NCBI RefSeq assembly: GCF_052425735.1
Contig: NC_135769.1
Span: 6,758,001-6,822,000, forward strand
Length of the DNA: 64,000 nt
Direction: 5' to 3'
Source: Oculina patagonica
Lineage: Eukaryota
Below are positions 1-10,578 of the stretch, in pieces. The translations under genes and the position numbers were made by a program. The number at the start of each line of letters is the position of its first letter. The stretch's first letter is position 1. The notes under the pieces are model-generated. The model worked only from the letters and a program-made list of their open reading frames with translations. It had not been told where the DNA came from and searched no databases.

Positions 1-1
1 A

Positions 2-402
2 AGGGACAGTGTCATGGACGTCTTCTACGTTTTTGTATAAACTATGTTAGAATTATAAAGGTTAAAAAACCTTTGAACATCAAAAGGATAAATTCGTTCT
101 CCAAGATGTAAATGAACCTTTATTACTGGTTTTTAAGAAATTTCTTCCAACTAAAACTCTCAAACTTGAAAACGTCGGCCCGACCTTTCAAGTTTTATAC
201 CATTAAAAAAACCCTTTGGGGGGAAATTCAATAAATTTTTTTTTTTTGTTACCATTTCTTTAACTCCTACCAGTTTCTAACAATTTTTACGACAAGTGCA
301 GTAGATTTTAGCAAGGATAGGCCACTATAAATGGATTTCCAATTAAACCCAGCACCTTCATTGGATTTTCGAATGACACTTAATGTTAGTGACACTGCCC
401 CT
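2..402. mobile_element. TTAA-type MITE (Kolobok/piggyBac-like), AGGGACAGTGTCA termini
   Basis: agggacagtgtca...tgacactgcccct-ttaa. Related copies at 1388-1881, about 51763-52132 and 59067-59627. Confidence 0.7.
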
Positions 403-469
403 TTAACGAACTAAGAGGGGAAAGGCATTAGAAGTTAACACTGTATAATATTAACGCTTACTAATTTAC

Positions 470-766
470 CTCCTTCCTTTTGGTAGACAAAAATTGTTCC
501 TGATGCCACGAAGCCGTAACGCAAACCCTTTCTAGTATTTCCACACTTTCCTTTAGCGAGTCCGTACATGTCATAGGAACTTGCTGCATTTTGGCCAGTC
601 CAGCATTTGCTGTCATCGAGACCGAACACGGTGACCCCTTTTTTGTCGGCCTGGGCTTTACATTGCTCATATTTCTTTGGAATCTTGGCAATACGCTTAG
701 GTTTAAACAAGATATCGGCCAAAGCTCGTCCTCTGTTTTCGTAACATCCAACTGGAGTCCAAGTTT
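470..766 (-). CDS. Gene A exon: 4-Cys WSC-like domain 1
   Basis: 297-nt phase 1-1 exon: [14 protein letters not shown]...C...[15 protein letters not shown]...YG...C...VY. The pattern resembles WSC (GCY..RAL..C..G..GL..C..G..VY) with fewer cysteines. Confidence 0.7.
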
Positions 767-3700
767 CTGTCATTAAAAACAAAACGCTTAAACAAGGTTG
801 TGATTAATGTAATCATGTAGGATAAAGTAAGATAGTTTTCCAGTTTTAATTGTGGTCTGCAATTCTAACCACTATCAAAGTGAAAATAATCTCATTGAAA
901 CAAAAAAAGGATTCGTAAAACAAACTGCATTTTACAAGAATTTAAGATTTTAAAATGCGTTTATCGCCTTACTGCTTTGGCCATTCCAAACAACTTTGTC
1001 AGATCGACAAACTGTGAACAATCATAATTATGTTTGCCATGTTGCAGACGGGAAATTTAAGAGTACATTCTCGGAAAGAAAAAGTGATTTTTGAAAGCAT
1101 TCTATGACCTTTGGATAAAAGAATGAAAATCTTTATCTTACTTTTAGGACATTCCATGGTGTTGCATTCCCTGGTAGAAGTGTCTGGTCCCAGTCCACTG
1201 CAATCTTTTCCGGAACTTGCCGGGGGTGGATTGGTACACGTTCTCTTTCGCGTCTGAACTCCACCACCACAAGTCTTTGAACACTTGTCGTATGGTGCCC
1301 AATCCGAGTAACCACCGTCGACTATAAAGGGTAAGTAAAGACAATAATTTATTCGTGCGTTTTTTTACTGGTCGTGTTCTATTCGAGAGGGACACTGTCA
1401 CGGGGATTTTAATGCTTTTCGGTAAAAAGTAATAAAATTAATTGGTGAATAGGTCTTCTCGTACATGAAAATGCACCTAGAACATCAAGGCGGTGATAAA
1501 GTAAATGGATGCAAGGGAAGAAGAAAGATGAAAGGAAGTAGTAAATTGTTGTAAAAGGAAGAAGGGAGCCAAAACATTTTTTAGGTGTTTTTCCAGTCCA
1601 AAAGGACAAAACTTGAAAAAAATGGCCTGATCTTTTTAAAGTTGAATTTACATTTTGGTGGAATCTATAACTAGCACTTGGATCGCTCCAGCAGTTTTAT
1701 GGTGTTTTTAAAGTTGCTAGATCTAAAGTTCCTGATGTCTAGTCTTACATAATAATAGCACTTGGTTATCGCTTCAGTACACTAGTGCATGGTGGTTTTT
1801 AACAAAATTACACCCTATTCGTAGTTTTTGTATGTCTTTAGGCTCTTGACATTTTGAAGGGAAACTGGTGACAGTGTCCCTTTAAATATATATCTCTAGC
1901 TCATCTTGGAAATAGAAATTTGCAAGAACTCTTTCTCTCATTTCTTCACCTGGACAACCTCCACTGTCACATTCCCCTGTCTCTTTGTCAGGTCCCAGGC
2001 CAGAGCAATCCTTGCCACCAGAACTCGGGGGAGGATTTGTGCAAGTGCGGCTTCGTGAGCGCTGTCCAGTGCCACAAGATACAGAACATTTAGTCCAATC
2101 GCCCCACTGGGAGTAGCCGCCATTATCTGGAACAATTAACACGGTGCGTTTTTTTTTTTTCAACAGTTGAGTTTTCACTATGTATTGAGACTTAACATTT
2201 TGTGTGGGTTGTAAGGAAAATATAATCAACGGCAGAAATATAGTATGGTAAGCTAACAGACTCGTATTCTAACACTACGAAGAAGGTGAAACTGAGCCCT
2301 ATAATATGTGCTAGAAAAGAGAAAATTGAAAAAAATCTATATACTGTTAAAGTAGACAAAACGCTAATTAAAACAAGTATTTAGAGATTCTTACTTGCTG
2401 CGCATCCGTAGAACTCTACACGCAAAGCGATGTAAGCGTACCAAGACCTCAGGAATGATTCTGATGTACCTTGCGGTTATTGGCGGGATCCAAATCATAT
2501 TTGACGATGCTATTTCGATCGTTGTTTGCTGCAAAAATCTTAAAAATAGCAACTGTTAGGTGAAACTTACATTTTCGATAAAAAAAAGGTTCTTAGAAAC
2601 AAAAAAGAAACTCCCCCGAATATATGCCAGCGGTGCAGTGAGCTTATATTTAATATTAAGCTTTAAAGGATGACACAATTTTTTTCTATTATTAGACCCG
2701 TGCTGTAGACTTGTTTTGCATTTCACATCGTTATAAATACAGTATGTAAGTTCAGAGATTTAACATCTCATTTAACGACTGAGAGTTTTTTTTGTGTGTT
2801 TAGAGATTTTTACCATAAAATGGTCTTATGTGCACCCAAATTTTTTTAGACGCAAAATTATTTCCAAAGGCTAAGGCCGAAGCGTTTTTGAAAAGCAAAA
2901 TGCGTTCCGATAATAAGCTCATCCAAAAATAAGCGTGAAATTAGCCCTCTTACAGCATTTGTGTCCCTCTTTGGGGCACCAATATAGCGGCCATAAAGTT
3001 GTACAATAATAATATTGTACAGCAATATCATTCGCTTTTCCTTCAAATCTGTTAAGATATCACATTTAAACTGTTATCATGTCTAGAAATTGAAAAAAAA
3101 AAATGCCATAAAAACCGTTCCTGTGACATCACAATTTTTAAAATGCTATATTCCCCCCGGGGGAGGGGGGTACTCAAAAAAGTTTTATACGGGGAGGCTA
3201 CGCCAGGAGCTCTAACCCCTTACCCTTTTATATACCATTTTGACAGAAATTGTACCCCTTTCGTATACCTTTTAGTGAAAAAAGGAACCCCTTTCATACA
3301 CCTAAAAGACATGGCATACACTTAAAACAGGACGTTTTCTTGCCATTTTTATGTAACGCTTAATAAATTAAAATAATACAGCCATAAAATGCGTCTGTTT
3401 GAAGTATTTTAATTAAAGGCCCTTTAAAATACCTTAAATAAATGACAGATTTCCATACCCTTTCATATACCTAAACTTGTGAAATCCCTACCCTTTTATA
3501 TACCTGAAGCCTGAAACAGGTACCCCGTTCGGGCGGAGCCTTCCCGTATAGGCTATTATAGGGAGTACCCTCCCCCCCGGATATTTTCGAAACACAGCAC
3601 CAAATTAATACCAGATTTTGCATAGAAGATTTTTATGTCTAAAATATGTGAAAAGAATAGCTTTGTAAAATCAGCAATTGAGACTTAAGAATTCTAATGA

Positions 3701-6068
3701 CATCAGATGAAAAACCAATAAACAAACAACCAAGAAATAGGAACTACAACTTTGGCATCTTCTTACCTGAAGTACAGCCATAGAAGTCTGCTCTTAAGGA
3801 AATCCAATGATAGTAGCTTATTGGGTTGATTCGGATGTAGCGGGTGATTATGGGATTCTGCAGTTTGTTTCTGACAATCGTATCACGATCAGTGTTACCG
3901 TCAAATGTCTTGAAGAAGAACAAATAAATATGGCAGTTAAACCGGGGTTATTTAGAAGTTAAACTCACAGCTTCTAACGCATAATATTAAATACTCTAGG
4001 AAAAATATTAAATTGATTAATAATTATTCAATCAATAAAAATCTAAAAGTAAAAAAATGAAGCTTACTTACCTACTTACCTGCATGAATAAGTTATTTTA
4101 CTAATTAATAAAAAAATAAAATTTAAAATATATTACCTTCCTTCCTACGTACTTACAAAAATAAATGAATGGAGTAATTAAGTAATCGAATAAGTAATCC
4201 CTAGGTTAACTAATTGATTACTTAATGAGCTATTCATTAATTAATTACATTAATTGTAAGTAATTAATACCTACCAGTCCTACCTACCTACCTACCTACC
4301 TTCGTAGCTACCTACCTTTCTGCTTACCTACTCACCTTATAACTGTTATAAGTCAATCAGTGAATGAAAGAACGAACCAATCAATCAATACATAGACAAA
4401 AGACATTACAACCAACAACGCATTACATTTAAAAAGCAAACAAGTACCTTGACATAACCTCCTTCGTCATAGTCCTCGAAGAAGTTTCCGTCATTACTGT
4501 ATGACACACGGTACTTTGTCACCCATTGATAAGCATCTTGTCTTCCTTGAGTGGCAACCATAGTCACTTTCACAAATCGTCCAAAATCAACTTGAAACCA
4601 GCTGTTTTCACGCAGATTGCCAGCCGCCCATGCTCCAACACGTCCAGGTTCAAGGCGAAAATTAAGTCTTCCATTCCCGGGCATATACACGGATGTAGTT
4701 GGAGACACAAAACTTGAAGCCGTGATAGAGGAGTCGGGAATCGCATAGTTTTCTAATCCTAAGCTTTTCTGACAATCGCCTGAAAGACAAATCAAACTTT
4801 TTTTTCAATCAATTTCATTTAACAGTACTGAGAGTAATTATAAACAGCTGCGTTCCTTGTGCCAATCTATTGTGCATATATTGCCAAAGAAGAAATGATT
4901 AACCCAAGCATCCCAAATAGGGTATTTAAATCTACAGCTTGAATTGAAGATATTTGGAAATTAGTTATTATAAGAAGTTATGTTCACAAATAAAAAAATA
5001 ATGAATTATATTCATATTTGTTTCCATTTACGTACCTTCATCAAAATCTCCTAAAACATGCAGCAAAAAAAGTACAATAAAACCGGTGTCAGTATAATAA
5101 AACTATACAAATGCCATAAAAAGTAAATGTGGTAGATGAATAACTTTAAAGGCATCCTGTTTTCTTATTTACTGATCTACCACCTAAGGAGGGAGGAGTT
5201 AACGGAAAGGAAGCTGATTAGAAAAAAATGACTTTCGGCGGGCTGCTTATTTATTTGAGAGGTGGTCTTAACAGAGCTTTTATGGTAGAAAACCAATAAA
5301 AAGTCATACTAAATCTAGCCTGGTCCAGGCTCTCGGTAGCTGGGTGAATTGTGACAAAAATGTCAATTTATGGCAGCGAAGAAGAACTTGTTAGCCTGCG
5401 TCGCAGACATAATCGAACACCGGCTAAATCAGGTTTTAGATTCGTCTGCGGCGCAGGCTAGAAACTTGTTAGCAAAGTGATAAAATATTCATTATTATAT
5501 GCATTTTGTCAGTAACAGGGAACTATGGTTTAAACTAATTATCCGAGAACATCTTTATTTTTACTTACAATTTCGTTTTCGGACGTCACTGCTCGCAGGA
5601 AGTTATTGGATTTTGTTTGTTTGTTTGCTGTTCTTGTTTTTTTTAGTATATTTGTCCTAGTAAATAAGCCTAGTACTGAGGATAAATGCGTTAATTTTAA
5701 AAATTACATACAGGCACAGAAGGCAAATGTACAGAAAAGCCCAGGAGAAGCCTGTTCAGACATAGTAATAAGCCAATTCAACCTTTCGGTATTCATTTTA
5801 ACAAAGTAAAGATGAAGCAATTTAGTTTTAGAAGGAGCTTTTGGTTAATGATCAGAAAGTAAATTGTAGGTGAATTATTTTACATTGGACTGCCAAAGAA
5901 CATTGTATTTTTGATATTTCTTCATATGTTTACCCATGACCCCGTTAAGCGCAAGGGACGTGTGCATTGTGTGGACTGGACAGTTTATAACTTACGTATT
6001 TCCCGGCATGATACCATCTGAGCCATAACCATAAGACCAAGGAACACGCCTATCCTAACAGGCGCCAT
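470..6068 (-). CDS. Gene A: secreted F5/8C-TSP1-WSC-like modular protein (coadhesin-like architecture); last exon lies off the left edge
   Basis: GT-AG exons 6068-5996 (signal peptide [24 protein letters not shown]), 5050-5036 (15-nt microexon), 4779-4448 + 3908-3767 (one F5/8C, CQKSLGLE...RADFYGC), 2126-1950 and 1321-1142 (TSP1), 766-470 (Cys-rich domain). They join in frame if 2538-2395 is skipped. Confidence 0.85.
1142..2126 (-). CDS. Gene A: two TSP1 exons (2126-1950, 1321-1142)
   Basis: [32 protein letters not shown] and [32 protein letters not shown]; 177 and 180 nt, phase 1-1. Confidence 0.9.
1388..1881. mobile_element. TTAA-type MITE
   Basis: agggacactgtca...tgacagtgtccct-ttaa; the left TTAA has decayed. 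Confidence 0.6.
2395..2538 (-). pseudogene. Orphan frameshifted pseudo-exon (second half of the third F5/8C domain) in gene A
   Basis: Homologous to the 142-nt exons 20276-20135, 43414-43555 and 53913-54054, but 144 nt long with two +1 G insertions giving an in-frame TGA. Its 347-nt partner exon is not found between 2539 and 3766. Confidence 0.8.
3156..3580. mobile_element. MITE with CCCGGGG..TACTC termini
   Basis: cccgggggagggggg-tactc / gagta-ccctcccccccgg with internal tacccctttc repeats; related ends at about 23925-23980 and 26963-27020. Confidence 0.7.
3767..4779 (-). CDS. Gene A: F5/8 type C (discoidin) domain, two exons
   Basis: [17 protein letters not shown]...GAW...WFQVDFG...TQGR...[10 protein letters not shown] / FDGNTD...[11 protein letters not shown]...LRADFYGC. 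Confidence 0.92.
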
Positions 6069-6277
6069 CAAGCCTATAAACACAAAATATATATTAATAA
6101 TAATATTAATTTTAAAAAAATAAACAAATTCAAAACTGAACGAGAAATGATTGATATTTTTATTGCAATTGATTCGGTTTGTGTTTCTTGCTATTGTTTT
6201 AGTTGCACTTTTGTCACGAGCAATCAATTCAAAAAGATGGCGAATCAAGCATTTGTCCACACGAATACTCTTAGATA

Positions 6278-6604
6278 CTGCTAATTCGAGAAAGGTTGTG
6301 GGAAAAAGCACAAAAGTGCACGCATAACACCGAAAGGTACGGTGACCTCGGTATTCACTTGAATTTGCATATTGGCAGAGCGGAAATGTATAAGTTTGTA
6401 GTTTTGCACGTGAAGATTTTGTTATCGCATGCCTTGGAGATTTAAAATTCTTCTTAAGTTTAGCGTGGCTAAAAGAACCTCGTTTCCACATGTCCGAAGA
6501 AAAAGTTAGTAGTAGTAGCTTTCGAATTCTACCCATATTACCTTTCGATCTTGTAGCGTGCACTTCTGTGCTTTTTTTTCCGACAACCTTTCTCAAATGA
6601 GCTG
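6278..6604. mobile_element. TA-flanked MITE (Tc1/mariner-like)
   Basis: Imperfect TIRs of about 45 bp (ctgctaattcgagaaaggttgtggg.. / ..ccgacaacctttctcaaatgagctg), TA on both sides. Confidence 0.7.
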
Positions 6605-6609
6605 TATAA

Positions 6610-8268
6610 ATGAATTTGTCTCGGGGTGAACTGACTGCCCTTCTCTCTTTAAAGCGAAGGACTGACATAGTAATCAAACCCGCCGACAAGGGTGGAGCCG
6701 TTGTAGTGTGGGATCGTGACCTTTACATACAGGAAGCTGAACGACAGCTTGCAGACAACAATTTTTACCAACGTGTTGATCACGACCTGACAACGGAACA
6801 TCAAAATAAAGTAACTTCAGTTGTCCAACATGCCATTGCAAATGGAGAACTTCCAGCTACAGCTACCAATCTCATTGTAGATCACCCTCGAACTTCCAAG
6901 TTTTACCTCCTCCCAAAGATACACAAGCCAGGGAACCCAGGGAGACCTATTGTGTCGGCATGCAACTGCCCCACTGAGCTCTTGGCAACCTACCTCGATC
7001 AAGTCACTTCTCCCTTAGTTCGCAGTTTGCCCAGCTATGTCAAGGATACCAACCACATGCTCGACATCGCGCAGACTTTTAGCTATCCGACGACCAGCGC
7101 TAATCGTTTTGTGTTCACAATGGACATCAAGTCTTTGTACACAGTAATACCAAACAACGATGGCCTTTTAGCATTAACACATTTCTTAGACAAACGGCCA
7201 GTGCTGGAACCACCTACGCATACTTTAGTACGCCTAGCAGAGTTGGTCCTCACACTTAACAGCTTCAGTTTCAATGGAGGTTTCTACCAACAAACGGGTG
7301 GCGTGGCAATGGGAAGTAGACTGGGGCCCAACTACGCCTGTCAGTTCGTCGGCCACGTCGAAGAACAGATTTTCCAACAGTATCCTGGGAGGAAGCCTGA
7401 CCTCTACAAGCGTTATATTGATGACATTGTAGGGGCAGCTGCTTGTAGCAAGAGCAAACTTGACGACTTTGCCACGTTCGTTAACAACTTCCATCCAAGC
7501 CTTCAGTTCACCTGGGCCATCAGTGACAAACAGTTTCCTTTCCTAGACCTCTTCCTGACGCCAACACCTCAAGGACTAGCGACAACCATTCACTACAAGT
7601 TAACCGACTCACACTGGTACCTCACGTACACTTCGGCACATCCTGTCCAGTGTAAGGACTCCGTCCCTTATAGCCAGTTTCTACGCCTCAAACGAATATG
7701 CAGTGACGAAAATGACTATAACACCAAAAGCAAAGAAATGTCATCTTTCTTTCTGCACCGTGAGTATCCTCCAGCAGTTGTAGAGCGAGCCCTCCAACGC
7801 GTCAACAGCATCTCCCGCGAAACTGCCTTGCGACCATCTAACGACGGGCAATCCAACGAGCAAGTTATCCCCTTGGTGTTAACTTACAACCCAATCAACC
7901 GCCACGTGAAGAACATTCTTTCAAAGAACTTCTCTCTGCTCAAATCAGATCCTGAAACAAAGGAACTCTTTGACAACTCGCGCGTACTCGGTGCTTACCG
8001 CCGGGACACCAATTTAAGAGATTCCTTGGTTCGCAGCAGTCTTCAATCCGGCGCTAACACAGGGGATGAACCCCATGGAACCTTTCCGTGCCACCGCCCA
8101 CGATGCAGGACCTGCGCTCACGCCAATCCAGCCTCCCAGATCAACACCCCTGGTGGGCCGCTGACAATACGACAGAGGTTCTCGTGCACGACCAGTAACA
8201 TCGTTTATATTATCACTTGTCGTGCATGCACCATGTCGTACATTGGCGAAACAGGACGTAGGCTCTGA
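6610..8268 (+). CDS. Penelope-type reverse transcriptase with the start of a GIY-YIG endonuclease (truncated by frameshift)
   Basis: RT motifs as listed for the element, Cys-rich linker CHRPRCRTC, then VYIITC/YIGET. Confidence 0.85.
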   Translation: MNLSRGELTALLSLKRRTDIVIKPADKGGAVVVWDRDLYIQEAERQLADNNFYQRVDHDLTTEHQNKVTSVVQHAIANGELPATATNLIVDHPRTSKFYLLPKIHKPGNPGRPIVSACNCPTELLATYLDQVTSPLVRSLPSYVKDTNHMLDIAQTFSYPTTSANRFVFTMDIKSLYTVIPNNDGLLALTHFLDKRPVLEPPTHTLVRLAELVLTLNSFSFNGGFYQQTGGVAMGSRLGPNYACQFVGHVEEQIFQQYPGRKPDLYKRYIDDIVGAAACSKSKLDDFATFVNNFHPSLQFTWAISDKQFPFLDLFLTPTPQGLATTIHYKLTDSHWYLTYTSAHPVQCKDSVPYSQFLRLKRICSDENDYNTKSKEMSSFFLHREYPPAVVERALQRVNSISRETALRPSNDGQSNEQVIPLVLTYNPINRHVKNILSKNFSLLKSDPETKELFDNSRVLGAYRRDTNLRDSLVRSSLQSGANTGDEPHGTFPCHRPRCRTCAHANPASQINTPGGPLTIRQRFSCTTSNIVYIITCRACTMSYIGETGRRL

Positions 8269-8319
8269 CAGGTTCTGCGAACATTTAAGATCTGTCGAGA
8301 GGAAAGCTGACCTGCCCGT

Positions 8320-8969
8320 CACGCCGGGCCAGCAGAGCTCTTGAAGCGGCACTCTCGGAATAACTTTTTGCTTTTTTATCCGATTGAGCTCAAATTTGGC
8401 ACAGTGACAGAACTTTTTATCCCAAACAATCGTATAATTTTTGTTTTTTGAATTTAACGGTTTTTGGCGGGAAAATGACGTCACAGTGCTAAAGGCAAAT
8501 TTTTATTTCCTTGTTATGGCACAAAAAGTACACGATTCTGAAAGACGTCGTTAAGATAAATTGAAATGCGAAAGAATTATTCAAAAATATCAATACGCCT
8601 TGAAGATACAAAGATTTAAATTTTGTAATTGTTCTAAAAATAGTAACAAAATGGCGGGAAATTGAAATTTTCAAACTCTATATCTTCAAGACGGATTGAG
8701 CTTTTTCAATAATTCTTTCGCATTTCACTTTATCTTAACGACTTCTTTCAGAATCGTGTACTTTTTGTGCCATAACAAGGAAATAAAAATTTGCCTTTAG
8801 CACTGTGACGTCATTTTCCCGCCAAAAACCGTTAAATTCAAAAAACAAAAATCATACGATTATTTGGGATAAAAAGTTCTATCACTGTGCCAAATTTGAG
8901 CTCAATCGGATAAAAAAGCAAAAAGTTATTCCGAGAGTGCCGCTTCAAGAGCTCTGCTGGCCCGGCGTG
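8320..8969. mobile_element. Palindromic non-autonomous DNA transposon (CAC..GTG ends, 3-bp TSD; CMC superfamily-like)
   Basis: Near-perfect inverted arms of about 290 bp; CGT duplicated at 8317-8319 and 8970-8972; excision restores the Penelope reading frame. Confidence 0.88.
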
Positions 8970-9219
8970 CGTAGCAAAACATTCCTCCTCGCCTGGTCAC
9001 ACAACAGATGACATGATGGTGTCTGTTGTGCGATCAGGCCTTACGAACATCAGAGAAAGACGCAGCGCGGAAGGCCGCCTGATCTTCAAATGCCGCACTC
9101 TACAGCCGCGCGGCATAAACATTGACTTTGCTTTTATTTAAATGGACTCAGTTAGCGCGCGCACACACAATGTTGCCACATTCAAAGAAAATGACGCGCG
9201 CTGACTTTAACGGCTATTT

Positions 9220-9257
9220 TCCACTGATGAAGGGACAGAAGTCCCGAAACGTCTGGA
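9220..9257 (+). ncRNA. Minimal type I hammerhead ribozyme in the Penelope 3' repeat
   Basis: TCCA-CTGATGA-A-GGGAC-agaa-GTCCC-GAAA-C-GTC-TGGA: intact core boxes, stems I and II, GUC cleavage triplet. Confidence 0.85.
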
Positions 9258-10578
9258 TTTATTTACAAAAATTAGCGCATAAACGAAACTCTAACTTTAT
9301 TATGTGTATAAGCTTAAGGCGGCTCACTTGAGGGGGTGAATGAGCCCAAATTTTTAGCCTATTCAAAACCTTTTTAGAAATGTTTTATCGTTCTCCTAAA
9401 ACTGTTTATTACAGCGTATAATTATCATATACGACATTTGAATAATAAAAATGCTAATAAACAATCAAGAAACAGCAAAAATGAACGACCGAGTGCTTAA
9501 CAGGATACTGGGCACTAGTTGTTTTAATGGAGTTTTTTCTCAAAATCTACCCGTACGACCCAACCTCAAAATTTCAGAAATTACAAATTGGTTTTGATTA
9601 AACATTCATGCATAATAAAATAAAAATATGTAAGGTTTGCCGCTTTTAGTGGCCTTAATATGTAGTACATTTAAGTTTATGCTTACATGTCAGTTCTTTT
9701 TTTTTGTTCTCTTGAGTTGGTTTTATTTTGTTATGGATTTACTAATTATTTATTGCCGTAAGTTGATTTCTATGAAATCCCTTTGCAGTGATGTTCTGTT
9801 AGATCAGAGTTTATTACTTATTGCTGTAAGTTTATTCCGACTTTCAGCCGTAATTTTCTCTGCAGAAGAAATTTATACAGTATGTGACGTTTTTCGAAGT
9901 GCTGAACGACAACAAAGGAGAAGCTAGCCTCGAGCAAAATTAATTTATTTAATCTAAACTTGTTCTGAAAATCATGTTTACCCTACCTAGCTCGAGCGCG
10001 AGGTGTTAATACAAACTGACTCATATTTTTTTTTTCTAAAGTAGTTCAAACATTTTTTTTGGCTCACTTTTACACTGAATAACTACACTGAATAGAGATG
10101 ATTAAGTGTGCATTAAATATGTTTAAACTGTGCATACGGTAAGAAATAAAAAAAGGCCACCGATTTATCCCAGATTAGTTTAAAATTTGCGTGCTTGAGC
10201 AACCATTTGAGTGCACCGATGTTAAGACAAATTCAGGCAAGAACAGTGGGAAGGGAAATCGGGAATATTTGTCCGCGAAATATATTGACGCCTTTTTTGT
10301 ATAAAGCAAAAATAATGATAAGAGGAACGCGAAACCACTTTCTTTTCTTAGAAAGCAGAGAATTAAATCTTATTTCATTTTTAGGCCATGAGTTGTTCTG
10401 CCTACGGATTATTATTTTTGTTCTACCGAGAGACATTCATTTTAACCATTATCGATTTTAATTTGTCTTGCACCTATGGGCCACATATTTATTTGAATAG
10501 AGACATCGTAAACTCCAGTGAAAATTAAATAAATGGGGAGCTCCGCTTTAAGGCTTGCTTTAATCTATATATTAAGTT

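Larger units (their letters stand above)
6610..9310 (+). mobile_element. Penelope-like retroelement (RT + GIY-YIG), 5'-truncated and interrupted
   Basis: The 552-aa ORF has IKPADKG, LPKIHK...GRPIVS, DIKSLYT, GVAMGS, RYIDD, FLDL and IVYIITC...YIGETGR. After a frameshift and removal of 8320-8969 it continues DRFCEHLRS...LPVAKH...LQPRGIN to about 9139. Confidence 0.93.

Noticed and set aside
6074-6689. N-terminal 210 aa of the 234-aa ORF 5985-6689
   Set aside because: It runs through intron, MITE and antisense Penelope sequence; only the last ~25 codons are the real signal exon.
6610-8268. Retron, DGR or other RT-driven diversification of the neighbouring genes
   Set aside because: The RT is a typical broken Penelope RT-GIY-YIG. 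No template/variable repeat pair or adenine-specific variation was seen.
8014-9011. Duplicated protein MTSFSRQKPLNSKN on both strands
   Set aside because: Mirror ORFs produced by the palindromic insertion.
9317-10547. TTAA-flanked element next to the Penelope end
   Set aside because: The terminal match (ggcggctcac / ggagctccgct) is too weak to call.
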